Assembly (NCBI RefSeq): GCF_009914755.1
Contig: NC_060926.1
Strand: one strand, 5' to 3'
DNA length: 64,000 nucleotides
Source of the DNA: the human T2T-CHM13v2.0 reference genome, Homo sapiens
A program made the position numbers and the translations under genes. How positions within the stretch are numbered: the first letter of the stretch is position 1; every line of letters starts with the position of its first letter. Positions 13,171 to 25,990 of the stretch are shown here, in pieces. The notes below the pieces were generated by a model. It did no database searches and was not told the origin of the DNA. It saw nothing but the letters and a program-made list of their open reading frames with translations.

Positions 13171-14170
13171 TCTTGTTCTGAGATTAATTTACTGATTCTT
13201 TTCTAAGGAAAGCTTTCTTTTTAAGGAGTGGAGGGAGAGAAAGACCTCTCCTTTTTTAAAACCAAGGACACATGTCCCCAGTTTTTGTCCCCCAAACTTA
13301 TGGCCCCTTAAACTATTGAAGATTTTGTGAACTTTCATTTAATTTCATTCTTGAAGCTTAGTCAATTGTTTATTGCTTTCAGATCATTTTACTTAACAGA
13401 CATTAATTGAGCTCCTATTATGTGTCAAATACTGTACTTGACACAATGAAGAAAATTTCTATTAACTTCTAAAATCCCTGTCTGCAGATCTGTGAAATAA
13501 TTTTTTATACCATGGATTCATACAGTGTTCTTCCTTTCCCCATGTTCCCTATATGCCATCTTAAAAATTAAACTTGGGCAAGGGAAGAAAATATCTATGG
13601 AGAGAACCCAGTGGATTATAGCATTCAAAGTTACTTTCAACAGGCTGAACACCTAGGATACTGTTTGGGCAAGGTATGAGCCATGCCCAACTCATGTCAT
13701 CCTATAGCTATCATGCTTACATTAACACATTGTTGTATACAAGTAACTATGCCTTACATCACATCATTTGATCCCCTTTGTCTTTATTATTAATAGATGT
13801 AGATCCACCACTTTAACTCATAGTCACCATAGTTTACCCCATTTTAAGTTTGTACATGCAATCCATTTAGCCATAAAACACATTATTCCAAAAGCAATAT
13901 TTAGCTAGTCTAACAGTATTAACAGTCTACCACCAAAAATTCCTGACAAATTTGTTATTGTACAGGTCAGAGCATTCATAGTTTCTAACTAGGATAGAGC
14001 AGCTTACTTAGATTTACAAGACAAAAACAAAGCTGAAACAATTTTGCCTTGATGATACCAAAAACTCAGTAATTGCTTTTCTCTTCCCACTTGTAGTAAT
14101 GGATAGCAAACGGATTATTATTGACATTGGTAGTTTCATCAAATTTTCAAATTGGGAGATACCAGCTAGT

Positions 14171-14337
14171 CACTTGTTCTTCAAATTGTGGTTTATGAGC
14201 CTGCAGCATTGGCATAACATAGGAGCTTGTTTGGAATGCAGAATCTCAGGCCCGCCCTAGAGCAACTGAATCAAGATCTGTATCTTCACAAAATACCCAG
14301 GTGATTTTTACACTCTTTAAATTTTTTGAAGCGCCAT
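14171..14337 (+). mobile_element. MER5A1 (hAT-Charlie MITE)
   Basis: GCAGCATTGGCAT..GGAGCTTGTTTGGAATGCAGAATCTCAGGCCC...ACTGAATCA..ATCTG...CCCAGGTGATT. Confidence 0.85.
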
Positions 14338-14460
14338 TCTAATCCACCTTCATCTCTGTCCTCCTTTAAGAAATGAGAAAGTTCACACTCAGAGTTAGTG
14401 TAGAGCTAAGATTAGAACCTCAGCCCCCTGACTCCAAGGTTACTGCTCTCTTCTGTGCTC
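14338..14460 (-). mobile_element. MIR fragment
   Basis: AGTTAGTGTAGAGCTAAGATTAGAACC..CCTGACTCCAAG. Confidence 0.6.
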
Positions 14461-15315
14461 AGAGCAACCTCAATAGCTTCTGAGTACAGTGTGGAAGTGA
14501 GTGACCCTTGCCCACCACTTGATGTTTGGTGGTCTAGTAAAGTAGACTGCAAGATTAGAGAATCACCTTCTCTTTAACCTCCATTCCTTTTCTGTGAGAA
14601 ACTATTTGGCTTATCACCCCCTATGGCCTAAATCCTCCCAAAGAAGAGTGAAGCTTTAATGAGGCTAGAACCCTCTTATTGTCTTGAATTTTAGATGTTT
14701 GTCAGCATCTATGATAGGAATTCTTTCCCTAACTCACAGTTCATGGTTGTATAGTGCATCTCCATTCATACGAGGAGGATAGAAAAAGCTGAGCCAAACC
14801 CTGTTAACAAAACAGTCCCCCGAAGGGCTATAATATTGCTCAGTGGTAATATCATCCCTATGCATTTTATCTTATACATGAAATCTTGACTAATTATCAT
14901 TTTCTCATACAGTACATTTTAGACCATTGTGTTTTTGTGTCCCTGCCTAGTTCATTAAGCAGGGTTTTACGGCTCCTCCAGTAACAGAATCGCTATTGAC
15001 ACTTTCATTAGACCCATAATTCAAATGCTTGTCTGCCTTCCAAATGGAAGCCTCTGAGTCCAGAACCACAATCTGGCCACCAACCGTATGTTGGCTTTTA
15101 GAACTGTCATAAACTCATCATCACATTCAAGTTCTTGAAGGGTCAAAATCTGCTTTCTTGGTGAACTGTCTTCATCCAACAAACAGTCAACGTGTTCTCC
15201 AGGAATAGTCAGCCAATTTTTCTCTGTCGCTCTCTGAAAACTCTTCCAGACAGTTCTCAGTGTGGTATGACTATAGCACAAATAATCAGTGTCCACATTT
15301 AAATATTAATTCTCT

Positions 15316-15440
15316 TATTTATTCATTCATTCAATTATTTTTACAATTTAAGACCAATATACCAAATATTATGGCAGTTGCTGTAGTGATTTAAAGATGA
15401 ATAAGATGGTGTCTGCCTTGGAGTTTCTTATCGTCAGAAG
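15316..15440 (-). mobile_element. L2 3' end fragment
   Basis: TTATTATTCATTCATTCAA tail; AAAGATGAATAAGATGGTGTCTGCCTTG. Confidence 0.65.
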
Positions 15441-15849
15441 ATATGTATATAAATCACTATGTGAAAAATTTTACTTCTAAGTTGCCAACAGTTGGAACGG
15501 CGGTGATTGTAGATTTCTTTGCTCTAACTAATGGCTATTATCAACACTGGTTCTTTACCAGTGGTTCAAATGGAAATAGACTCGACTAGACTAAGTAGAA
15601 CTATATATATATGAAATATATCACAGAATATAACCTTAGGAGCAAATGGAGCCAATTCCCCAGTGATACAGCTGATGGGCATTAGAGAGAAGGTGGGATC
15701 AGATCAGAGACAGCAGTTGCTTTAGTGATCACAAAAAACAGTCTTTCATTATCAGTAGGATTTTGATTTTCTCTCTAAAAATGTTCAAGAAGAAGTTCAG
15801 TGAAAATATTTGATTTAGTTTACAATAAACTTTTTAGAGGTGCCTCCTA

Positions 15850-16233
<384 letters not shown>

Positions 16234-18092
16234 TCAGTGTGAAAGAGAAGATTTTCACCTTTACAGAAGACTTTTAGCGATTTAATTAAACAGAAAATTG
16301 TAGATCATATTTTTAAATGTACAATTAGATATGTTTGGTTTAAACGACTGCTGACTGGGTACTGTGGTTTTGCTTTCTGTCCAATTAGATCAGAGAGAAA
16401 AAAAATTGTTTTTGGGTCCTTTCATCTTCCTTACATCTATGCCTAAAAAAAAAAAAAAAAAGAAAGAGAGAGGAAAAAATGGAAAAGACAAAAGTATAGG
16501 CTGGTGCCATTTATTCAAGTCTTTTCATAGGTTTTGACTTTACCTGAGCACACACATTGGATTACCTACCTCATTAGCTTTCTTCCAACCAAACCCAGAG
16601 CCTCTTTCCTGAAGTGGAAAGGTCCTTTTCTAGAGTGGACTCAGACTGTTAAGCAGAGGAAGTGTGTGAGGCTGGACTCCACTGCTCGTTGGAGTAATGT
16701 GGCTTCGTTTTGCAGTAATATTGCTGTGCTATTGAAAAATGACTTCAGTATTCTTCTCAGTGCATTTCATTCTACCACATGCACTTTCATAAACATGTCC
16801 AATCACGTGATGGAGGTCAACAACAGTGTGGGGTTTAGAAATTGTTGCTTGGAAATCACACTCACTTAAATACCTGAATCTGTTCATCAGCCATGCCATA
16901 GCTTATTCCAAGCCTGTGCAGAAGAGTGATTTGCAATCGCCTTGCTTTTCATTTCAAGTAGCATCACTCACTTTAAGCCAGATATTCAGGCCTCTTCAGA
17001 AGCCTCCAGGGTGAAGGACAAGTAAGAAGAAGCTTATTGAATCTTTCACAACTGTGGCCAGCTACATCTACTCCTGCATCAAACTCAGTACATCTTTCTT
17101 TGGTGTTTTATTTCAAAATCACTTATTCTTCCTTTTACGTGACAAATAATAGAGATTTTGCCACACAGTTTCAGGATCCAGATGGCTCTTTTGTGGTTCT
17201 ATACATTTAATTGATCACTATCCAGGTTGAAGTCTGAGCCAGAGTGTCTGGGATGGAAGAAGAGGACATAATGTTTATTTTTGCCAATCCTTCTTTGAGT
17301 TATCTTCTCTCATCGTCTATAAACTCAGGTTGCATAACTACATTCTGTTTTTTTTTTCTTTTTCACTTACAGGGACTTACCAATTTGGGATTCTTCCAGG
17401 AGCTGAAAACTGATTGCAAATATGAAACAGATTTCACTACAGGACTTGAACCCTACATTAAAAAACAACAAGCTCCCCAAAATAATTGAAAAAGATCTTC
17501 ACCAAAGAGTAGCTGCAATGTGAATGGCAGGATATGAAGCAAGTAAGAGGTAAATTTTGTATGAAAACATCTTTTCTTTATGGCCAGATATATAGAAAAT
17601 ATTCATATGGCCTTAAGGTAACATTCTTTCTCAGGCAAAGGTCAGAGGACAGAGGATCTTTTATATAATCAGCAAAAAAAAAAAAAAAAACAAAAAACAA
17701 AAAAACTGAATGATCCGGCCTATTCTGGGCCTGTCTGTCTAGCTATCAATTATAGAAATATTGCAGAATGCCAGATTCTTTCTAAAAACATTATTTCGGA
17801 GGAGTGGGCTTGCTTAGTAAAGGAAACATCCTCCACAAAAAGCATCCGTGGGAACATTTGATAATTTATTATGCTTCAGAAATTCTGGTGCACCATCTTG
17901 AAAACCTACCTCCTGATTACAAAGGATCAAATAAGGAGCAAAAGGCAATAAAGCCTTTAAATCCTTTTTATCTTGATGTTTGAGGAAAAAATATAAAGAA
18001 AGTGGATTGGGCTTCCCAGAATATAAAAAGATCATCTGGAGTAGGTACTTGCCATCTTAGCTTTTTTCAGTAAGAAAAGAGGGAAAAATGAA

Positions 18093-18158
18093 TATGTACA
18101 TGTGTGTGTGTTTATACATACACATATACACATACATTGTGTGCGTATATATATATTT
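18093..18158 (+). repeat. mixed TA/TG/CA low-complexity repeat
   Basis: Visible alternating purine-pyrimidine run. Confidence 0.75.
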
Positions 18159-18999
18159 ACACCTGCAGTTAATATCTCAGTCTCAGTTGTTTCTCTCTTC
18201 TGGCCTATTAAATAATTTCTGGCTTCATCTTTTCTGTCCTGCCTGGAAGGGCCTATGAGTTGCCAGATTCATTCTGGGGCTTGTATGAAGCAGAATCTGA
18301 AGAATTGGGAAAGAATAGAAGGAACAAAAGCCATGGTGTCCTACTCTCATGAGGAAAGCAGTGAGTTTGGAATATAGCAATGAAAGGCATTCAATCCTCC
18401 AGAATAAAAAGGCAGAATGGGGGTTGGGTGGCTAATACCCGAGGTGTAAGTGTGGAGAGACTCCAGTGAGTGAGGATGTGGCATGAGAATTCTAGGAGAT
18501 GGTGGGAGTGATTTGGGGAGAGATGATGGAGTTTGAACAGTCAACATGTGAGCTCACAGAATGAGCTATTCAGAAAAGCAGGGTATTAGAAAATGAGAGA
18601 TGATGGGAGGTATTAATAGTAATTGCCATGGACTGTATTTTTGGCTTTCCTTTATTTCTTCGATGAATGAGTAAGGGATAGAATCCCCCAATTTTCAATG
18701 AAATGTCACTTCAGGTCTGAACACATGGGTGCAGCCTTTGATAAGGTTTCACCCACAAAGCAAATATCTCACTGGGTACTCTGGCAATGGGATTCTTTTT
18801 AAAAGAAATCATAGCGTCTTCTCAATGCCCAAGCCTCTGCTTGACCACTGGTTTTCCAGTTCTCTTCATATGGCCTAGTTTTATAAAGTACAGAGCTGAG
18901 AAGGAGCTGCCCTCAGCTTTAGCCTTGGAGGAATCACAAACTAGTTGCAGGACCCCAAGTCACTCATCTAAAGTAATGACGTGCACTAATTAGGGATAT

Positions 19000-19305
19000 G
19001 GGACTAGGGAGTCACAGATTTTGCACAGGTTATTTAACCTTCTTCAGGCATTGTTTCTTGTATCTATACAGTTGAGACATTAGAAGAATCTCCCCTGTGG
19101 GTTTTTTTTTTAATTAAATGCTGTATGCAACGCTTCACAGTACTAAGCTCAACCAATATTAGCCACCATGGTTACAGCTGCTAGGATTATTATTGGTGGT
19201 GGCAGCGTTGTTAATCCCTGGCCCTCAGTTTCCTCATCTTTAAAATGAAAGGATAAGATAAAACTTCCTCTCTGCTCCCTTCCAGCTCTAAAAATACTTT
19301 CCATA
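19000..19305 (+). mobile_element. two adjacent MIR/MIR3 fragments
   Basis: GGTTATTTAACCT..TCAG..TTTCTTGTATCTAT; CCTCAGTTTCCTCATCTTTAAAATGA...CCCTTCCAGCTCTAAAA (MIR3 tail). Confidence 0.7.
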
Positions 19306-20842
19306 ATTCCTGAGTTTAGGAACACCTCCCACAAGAAACAGGCAACGGGCCACGAGACAACTCGTTTTCACCCTAAGTCTCTTACAAATATTCAGGTTAT
19401 TTTAAAACGCCACTCCCTGGAGAGGGCCCAAGATTTCATTTAACATGAGCTTTGCCAACTTCAGTATCTTGCTCAGTACTACTTGCATACTTGTATTACT
19501 GAATAAGAAAAAGGGTTGGATTTTTTTTTCTCTTTCCATCTATCACTGAACCTACTTGAACTACTTTCAATTTATCCTGTAGGTATGGGACACTAGTTAG
19601 TAGTTCTGCCATTTACAAAAAAAAAAGATATTCTCAAAAGTATATTTTCCTTTTCCTTTTTTTCCTCCACCCTCTTTTTCCTCTTTTTTTTAAAAGAAGA
19701 TATTAAAATCCTAGTTCTTCTGTGAGAGGAAACAGACCATCTCTTTCAAAGACTTTTAGGCTATATCTGCTCTTTCCTTGATTTGCTTGGTAGCATCTCG
19801 GCCACAGGAATACAATACTGATAGAGTTGTTGATTGGTCCTAGAATATATCACAGTCCCTAAATACATGAAATTAAAAAAAGAAAAAAGAAATCAACATG
19901 GTTCTGAAAGGAAGGTAGTTAAAATTCAGAAAGAGAGATTCTTTAATTAACTTAATAAAATTACTAATGGAAGCATTTTAACTGCTAAATTTAATTTACT
20001 TGTCAAGATATCAGGCTACAAAGAGGAGGGAAGAGTAGGAACTCTGCTTCCCATTATGATGTTCTCTATTATAGAATAAATTTGCTTAAAATGAAATATA
20101 TCACCAGAAGCCATCAATGACATCTTAATTTGGAACAGCCAGTTGAAAAGTAATTAGACTATGAAGCAATCAGTTCTAGTAAATCAGTGTTTCCCTTTAC
20201 ATAAACATACATTTTTTTCCTATTTATATACAGGCAAGACTAGACTTTCAGGTAGTAGGCAAGCAAAGAAGCGGATTCTTTTGGCTGTCGGTGTTTCTAC
20301 TTTACATTACCAAGCTGTCAAAACAAAATGTTTTATGATAGGATTAAAAAATGTATAAGCATCTGATTTGATTTAGTGTTTATATTTATATGTTGAACTG
20401 AGGAGAGTTTGCTTATCATAGGGGTTTAAAAGATTTACATTTGTCTGCTTCTTACTTCCAAAATGCTTTCCAGATCCACAGGCAGCCCTGACACCTTACT
20501 TCAATGAATGAAGCCCAGTCAAAAATCAAACAAGAGCTCTGCTTCTCCCTGCAGGGCCTCTCCTAACTTACATAAATAAACGGAGAGAATGTGGTTGCTA
20601 ATGAGACATGGTTTGAGACTGAGGTGGGAGTGGTTAAAATTATCCTTTGGTTTAGCAACTGAAAATTCACCATTAGGAATTTCTCACATTGTAACTGACC
20701 TTCCTAAAAGTGTGTTTGTTTGTTTATTGTTATGAACAGCTAATACGGGACATGGGTAAAACAGAAATAATGCATATTTAATTTGATTATGAAAAGTTAG
20801 CACAATTTGGCAAAGAGATATCAAAAATTCAAGTATCAAACT

Positions 20843-21045
20843 ACTTTATAGTAGGAAACACTTTCTGTATATATCTTTTCTGATCACCTTAGTACCCCAT
20901 GAAGAAGATGTTTTCAACTTCAATTTACAGACATGGAAATCGAGGCCCAGAGAGGTTAAGTGTTTTGTGCAGGCAGTGGAGGTAGTTAATGGAAGAACTC
21001 GGGCTAGAATTAGGGCTTCTGGGCCCCTGATACTCTCCACAACAT
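20843..21045 (-). mobile_element. MIR SINE
   Basis: ATTTACAGACATGGAAATCGAGGCCCAGAGAGGTTAAGTG core. Confidence 0.85.
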
Positions 21046-21479
21046 CTGCTTCTGATGATGGAATCCCATCTGTTATATGCTGAGGGGAAGAGGTGTGAGA
21101 AAAATAACTAGAGGAGCTATCAATCACTCAGCAAAATATTTATGAAGGACATCATTCAGATATTAGGGGTGTCACCATTGTCACCAGCTCTGAAAAATCA
21201 GAGAGGATGATGAATTATGCCAAAGAGAACATTAGCTCAGAAGGTAGAGAATATCTTGCAATGACATGCTTATGTTAGTATGTATTATTTCCAGTGGGAG
21301 AGAATGGTATGAGAGAGGAAAATAAAGGATAATTTTATAGGGAGTGAAAATAAGCTACACCTTGTGATTAAGAGAGAAATGTGGGAAGTCTCTGAAACCT
21401 GGTTCTAGGATCTGCCAGCATGCAAATCACTTAACAGTATGCAAATTACCTGGGCCTAATAGAGTAAATCATGTCCATC

Positions 21480-22945
21480 CTGCCCGCGGCCTATTTAGAA
21501 ATGTGATCATTGATAATGATACTACAAAGTACTATTCCTCACTGGAAGACAAGAGATTGGAAGGAAATCTGATATGGATGATGCAAGGGGAGTAAGTATT
21601 AAGATTTGCAATTGTAGATAGGTGTGAAGTAGGCTAAAACAATACAATTAAAGTGTAAATTTTAATTACACTTTAGTGTAATTAAAGTGTAAAGTAAAAT
21701 TAAAGTGTAAATTGCACTGGCCAAGTGAGAGAACTGGGCAGAACACAGGGACTGCAGGACCCTTCTGCCTCTGGGAATCTAGTAAAAAGACAGTCTGTTA
21801 TCCGCAGTGGCTCCTCAAGATCTGTGTGTAACAGGACAATTGCCTGAGAGTGGAGATGGCAAGAACTATATAAAAATAGACAGAACAACTTAAAGTTACT
21901 AAGGAAAAGATAAGGAGTGCAAAAGTGGAAAATGAGATATTGCTAGTAAAAGAGGTTAAATGGAGTAAGGAGATCTTTTATAAATGTATCGGGGGAAAAA
22001 GTGATCCTCGAGAAAAAGACTACTGAATAAATAAGAGAAGGGTGTCAAATTAATGATGGCTGAGATATTGACTTCCTGCTTTAAGTCAGTTTTTAAGAGA
22101 AAAATGAGAAGAAAATTTGGACACCTGGAGGGCAATAATGTCTTTTAAAAATAAGTATTGACAAAGAGGATGGGAGGAAATTTAGAAAAAAATTAAACTT
22201 TGTGGCATATACAGATGGTAAGTTTCAAATAATATGCTTCCTAGGGAATTAGATTCCCTGCCTGTGAACAATACACAGACATGGAAGAAGGACAATACAA
22301 ACTAGAGAGATGTCGGAAGCTCGTCAAAACAAATGTGTTTCATATAACAGTAAAATAAGGGTTGGGGCAGATTGGGAAGGCAGACATAGGACAGGCTCTC
22401 TAAGTGTTGTGTAAATTTGTGGCATATTTAGTCATGGCTATGTGGCAATTGCAATTTTAGAAAATTAGTGAAAACTTTCTTCTTGTATTCAGTGAGAAAG
22501 GAAATAAATCGGATACCCCATACAACTAAAATGTATTGTAGATACTCTAAAAGTACAAGAGAGAGTTACTGTTTTATGGGGAAAAGTAAAACAATGATGC
22601 AGTCCTTAAATATTACATAAGCATTGAAATATTGATTTAAATAGCTACGTAAAATTGGAAAATTCAGAGCACGGTGGAAAAAACATCACCCTAAAGAAAA
22701 TTTCAGATCCTAATAAAATTTCCAGACTAAATTATCAAAATCCAACCAATTAATAGGAAGCTACTAATTGTTTGGGAATAATCATTTAGGGAAACTTTTG
22801 TTGACATTAGGCAATATATTTCTGTGGGATAAAGATGCAAGTGTAAGCGTCAGAATTTGACAGAGAGAATAGTTTATTGGCAGTGAATTCTTAAGATAGT
22901 GTCTTAGAATATTTGCCCCTGAACATTTTCGTCAACATTCCTACC
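21480..22945 (+). mobile_element. Ancient CR1/L3-type LINE ORF2 fossil (tether + reverse transcriptase region)
   Basis: Hand translation gives collinear CR1-like blocks: KEKIRSAKVENEILLVKEVKWSKEIFYKCIG (from 21901), [13 protein letters not shown] (22056-22094), NNMLPRE (22228-22248), VFSEKGNKSD (22485-22514), SVLEYLPLNIFVN (22898-22936); many stops and frameshifts. Confidence 0.72.
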
Positions 22946-23477
22946 CGATAGGCTATCTTAGTTGACAGAGTGTAGTTAGTGGAGCTCAGTGGCTTCTTGG
23001 TTTCTCTGACTTTTGGTGTTCTCTTTTCTTCTCACAAGGTCCTCTTCAATAACTAAAATCATCTGAGATTTGTGGTATACCACTCCGTTGACACACTGGT
23101 CCTATGCTCTGCAAGGAACCTACAGCTCCTGCCCTGGACCAGCTTATAGTCAATCATAAGTCAAACCCGCATTTGCGGTTCCTTGCTAGTTGAGTGCCCC
23201 AGGCACAATGAGGGAAGAATATAAAAGGATGAAGTTCTAGGGAAAGACAGGTGGCAGAGGTGAGACTCAGCCTCCTCCCTGAAGAATGTGTGGAATTTAG
23301 ACACACAGAACAAAGTGAGGAGAGAGCAGTTCATCAGTCCGAAAGTCTACAAGCAGAGAAGTGCATCTGCACAAGGGGACGGTGATTCGATCTTTTCTGT
23401 TGGAGCAGACCCTTAGAAGGTAGCAGGGTGCAACTGTGATGTGGTAGGGCTGTTTGGGGAACTGAAGACGTGGACAC

Positions 23478-23560
23478 AAATCAGGGCTCTGACTTTTGGG
23501 AAAGCCATTTTCTCTCTCTAATGTTCATAGTCTCCATTTGTAAAACGGAGTTCGTTACTC
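23478..23560 (+). mobile_element. MIR core fragment
   Basis: TGACTTTTGGGAAAGCCATT...CTCCATTTGTAAAACGGAG. Confidence 0.5.
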
Positions 23561-24403
23561 TCCTCTGTGGCCTGCCCTGAGAGGCTCTGAACATGGTACA
23601 GGTGCATGGTTGAAGTGGCCATGCCATCTGCTTCCCACTTTCTACCCAGCCTCTGCTTAGCTTTCACAGGGGTTCTATTCCTAAGCAGTTACTTTTGTGC
23701 CTAGTGCCATTTGATTCCCTGACACATTGCAATTAAGCAATTATTTTTAACTAATTGTTTAATATTTCTTTCAAGGTTTCTAAAGCAGTTTAAATGTTTT
23801 GTACCAATTTTTCATATTTTATAACAATCAGCTCAAAGAGAGATGGAAAGAAGATTACCTGCTTTCCAGTTGGATTGTGATGCTGTGAAGATAGGGAGTT
23901 TATGTGGAGAAAAAGAGAAATTCCATTCCACCCGCAGGAAAACAGAGATGATTTCTGACTAGAATAGTAGCAGATTGTGAGTGAGAGGTGGGCACTGCTG
24001 ATTCTTTTACATAAATCAGACCCCAAATCCAATAAAAGAATGTCAGCTCTCGTCACTAAAGAGTGGTTTGTGAGCATTATTGAAGGAGGGCAGGAGGGAT
24101 GGAGAGATGAAGGTAAAGGAAGAAAGGAAGTGAAAGAAGGGAGGAAGGAAAGTGGAAAATAAAAAAAATGCATAGGAATGCACATATTTTTTAACAACCG
24201 ATTTTGAAGCAATGTCTATCATTTTGCATAATTGGCCACAGGAAACAGAGACCTTCATTTCACGGTTCCTTTCTCTTTTTTTCTGTTGCTCTTCTCTATA
24301 GATCTTCTATTGAAGACAACTTTATTGAAGAATATGTGAAAAGTATTGATACATTATTTTTTATTTCCATTAGTAGTTTTATACATCGAACATTCTCTTT
24401 GAG

Positions 24404-24722
<319 letters not shown>

Positions 24723-25129
24723 CTTTGAAGTCTTTAATGTCTTAATTTCTATACTTCAGGACTTGATCCCTGACTTCGGGAAATCAAAGTAGAATATGCA
24801 CCAATGTATATTTAGGCAGAGCTGAAAACTACTTGACTAAAAACTTAGATGCTAATATGTAATAGTTAATAGTGAAAAGTCCCCTCTTAGCTGTAATTTA
24901 AGTTCTTATGAATAAATGAAGTTATTTTTCTCTTCTGGCTATTATACAGTATTTTAAAGAGATTATCTCATCTTTTCGGAGTATTTTAGCTAACGTATTG
25001 TTCAAAGGGCATGAGGAATAACGTACACAACAAGCAATATATAATAAAATGTGTACAATAAATAATATATAATATATAATAAGCAATAAACATGAGAATG
25101 CTACATATCAAGACTATGAGACTCAGCCA

Positions 25130-25990
25130 ATGCTATATTCAGAGGTGAAGTAATAGCCTTAAATATTTTATTTCTTTGGGGGAATAAAGAAAGGATAACT
25201 ACAAATAAATTAAAAGTAAAACTCTCGAAATTAAATAAACATAAAATAATCAGGAAGAAAATACTAAAGATAGAAACAGAAATGAGAAATGTAAAGATAG
25301 TAAAAGTGATGAATCAGTCTCTGGGTATAAGGAAAATCTATTTTATTTTAAATTTCACTTTGATATATTTATCATATAAATTATATTTATTTATTATATA
25401 TTTGTATTTATAATATGTGATATATATTATATATAATAATGTTATTAACTTATTTATTTTGTCAGCTATTTTATTAATTGATAAAACCTTGCCAATTACA
25501 ATAAAGGGAGGGGATAACACAAATAAAATTAGAAATGGTAATATGAGTTTTAGAGTAGATTCAGGGATAATAAAAATTATAAGATAATTGTGTCCTTATG
25601 TTGCAGTATGTTTGAAACCTCAGTGAAATGAAAATATTTTGGAAAAATATAAATTGACAAAATTATCTGAGAACAATTGGAAAGAAATAACTAAAGTGGT
25701 AGCCAAAGACAAAATTATGTAACTTTTAAATAAGATATTAAAAGTGGTTAAAGTGTTAAAAATATTACCTATAAAACAAAACAAATCCTGGGATCTTCAA
25801 AGGCCAATTAATTTTAAATTATTCCTAAATATAGACAAATACTGAAAACTGCAAAATTCATTTTATGATGTTAGCATCACTCTGATACCAAAAAAACGAG
25901 AAAGATAGTAATATAATAAGATTTAAAAATCTACAGACCTCTTCCATTTATATATAATTACAGAAATATAAAATAAAATAACTAAACTGT
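25130..25990 (+). mobile_element. Old L1M ORF2 fragment
   Basis: A-rich; encodes NSFYDVSITLIPK (25855-25893), similar to L1 ORF2 NSFYEASITLIPK, followed by a YRP-like motif (TACAGACCT). Confidence 0.85.
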
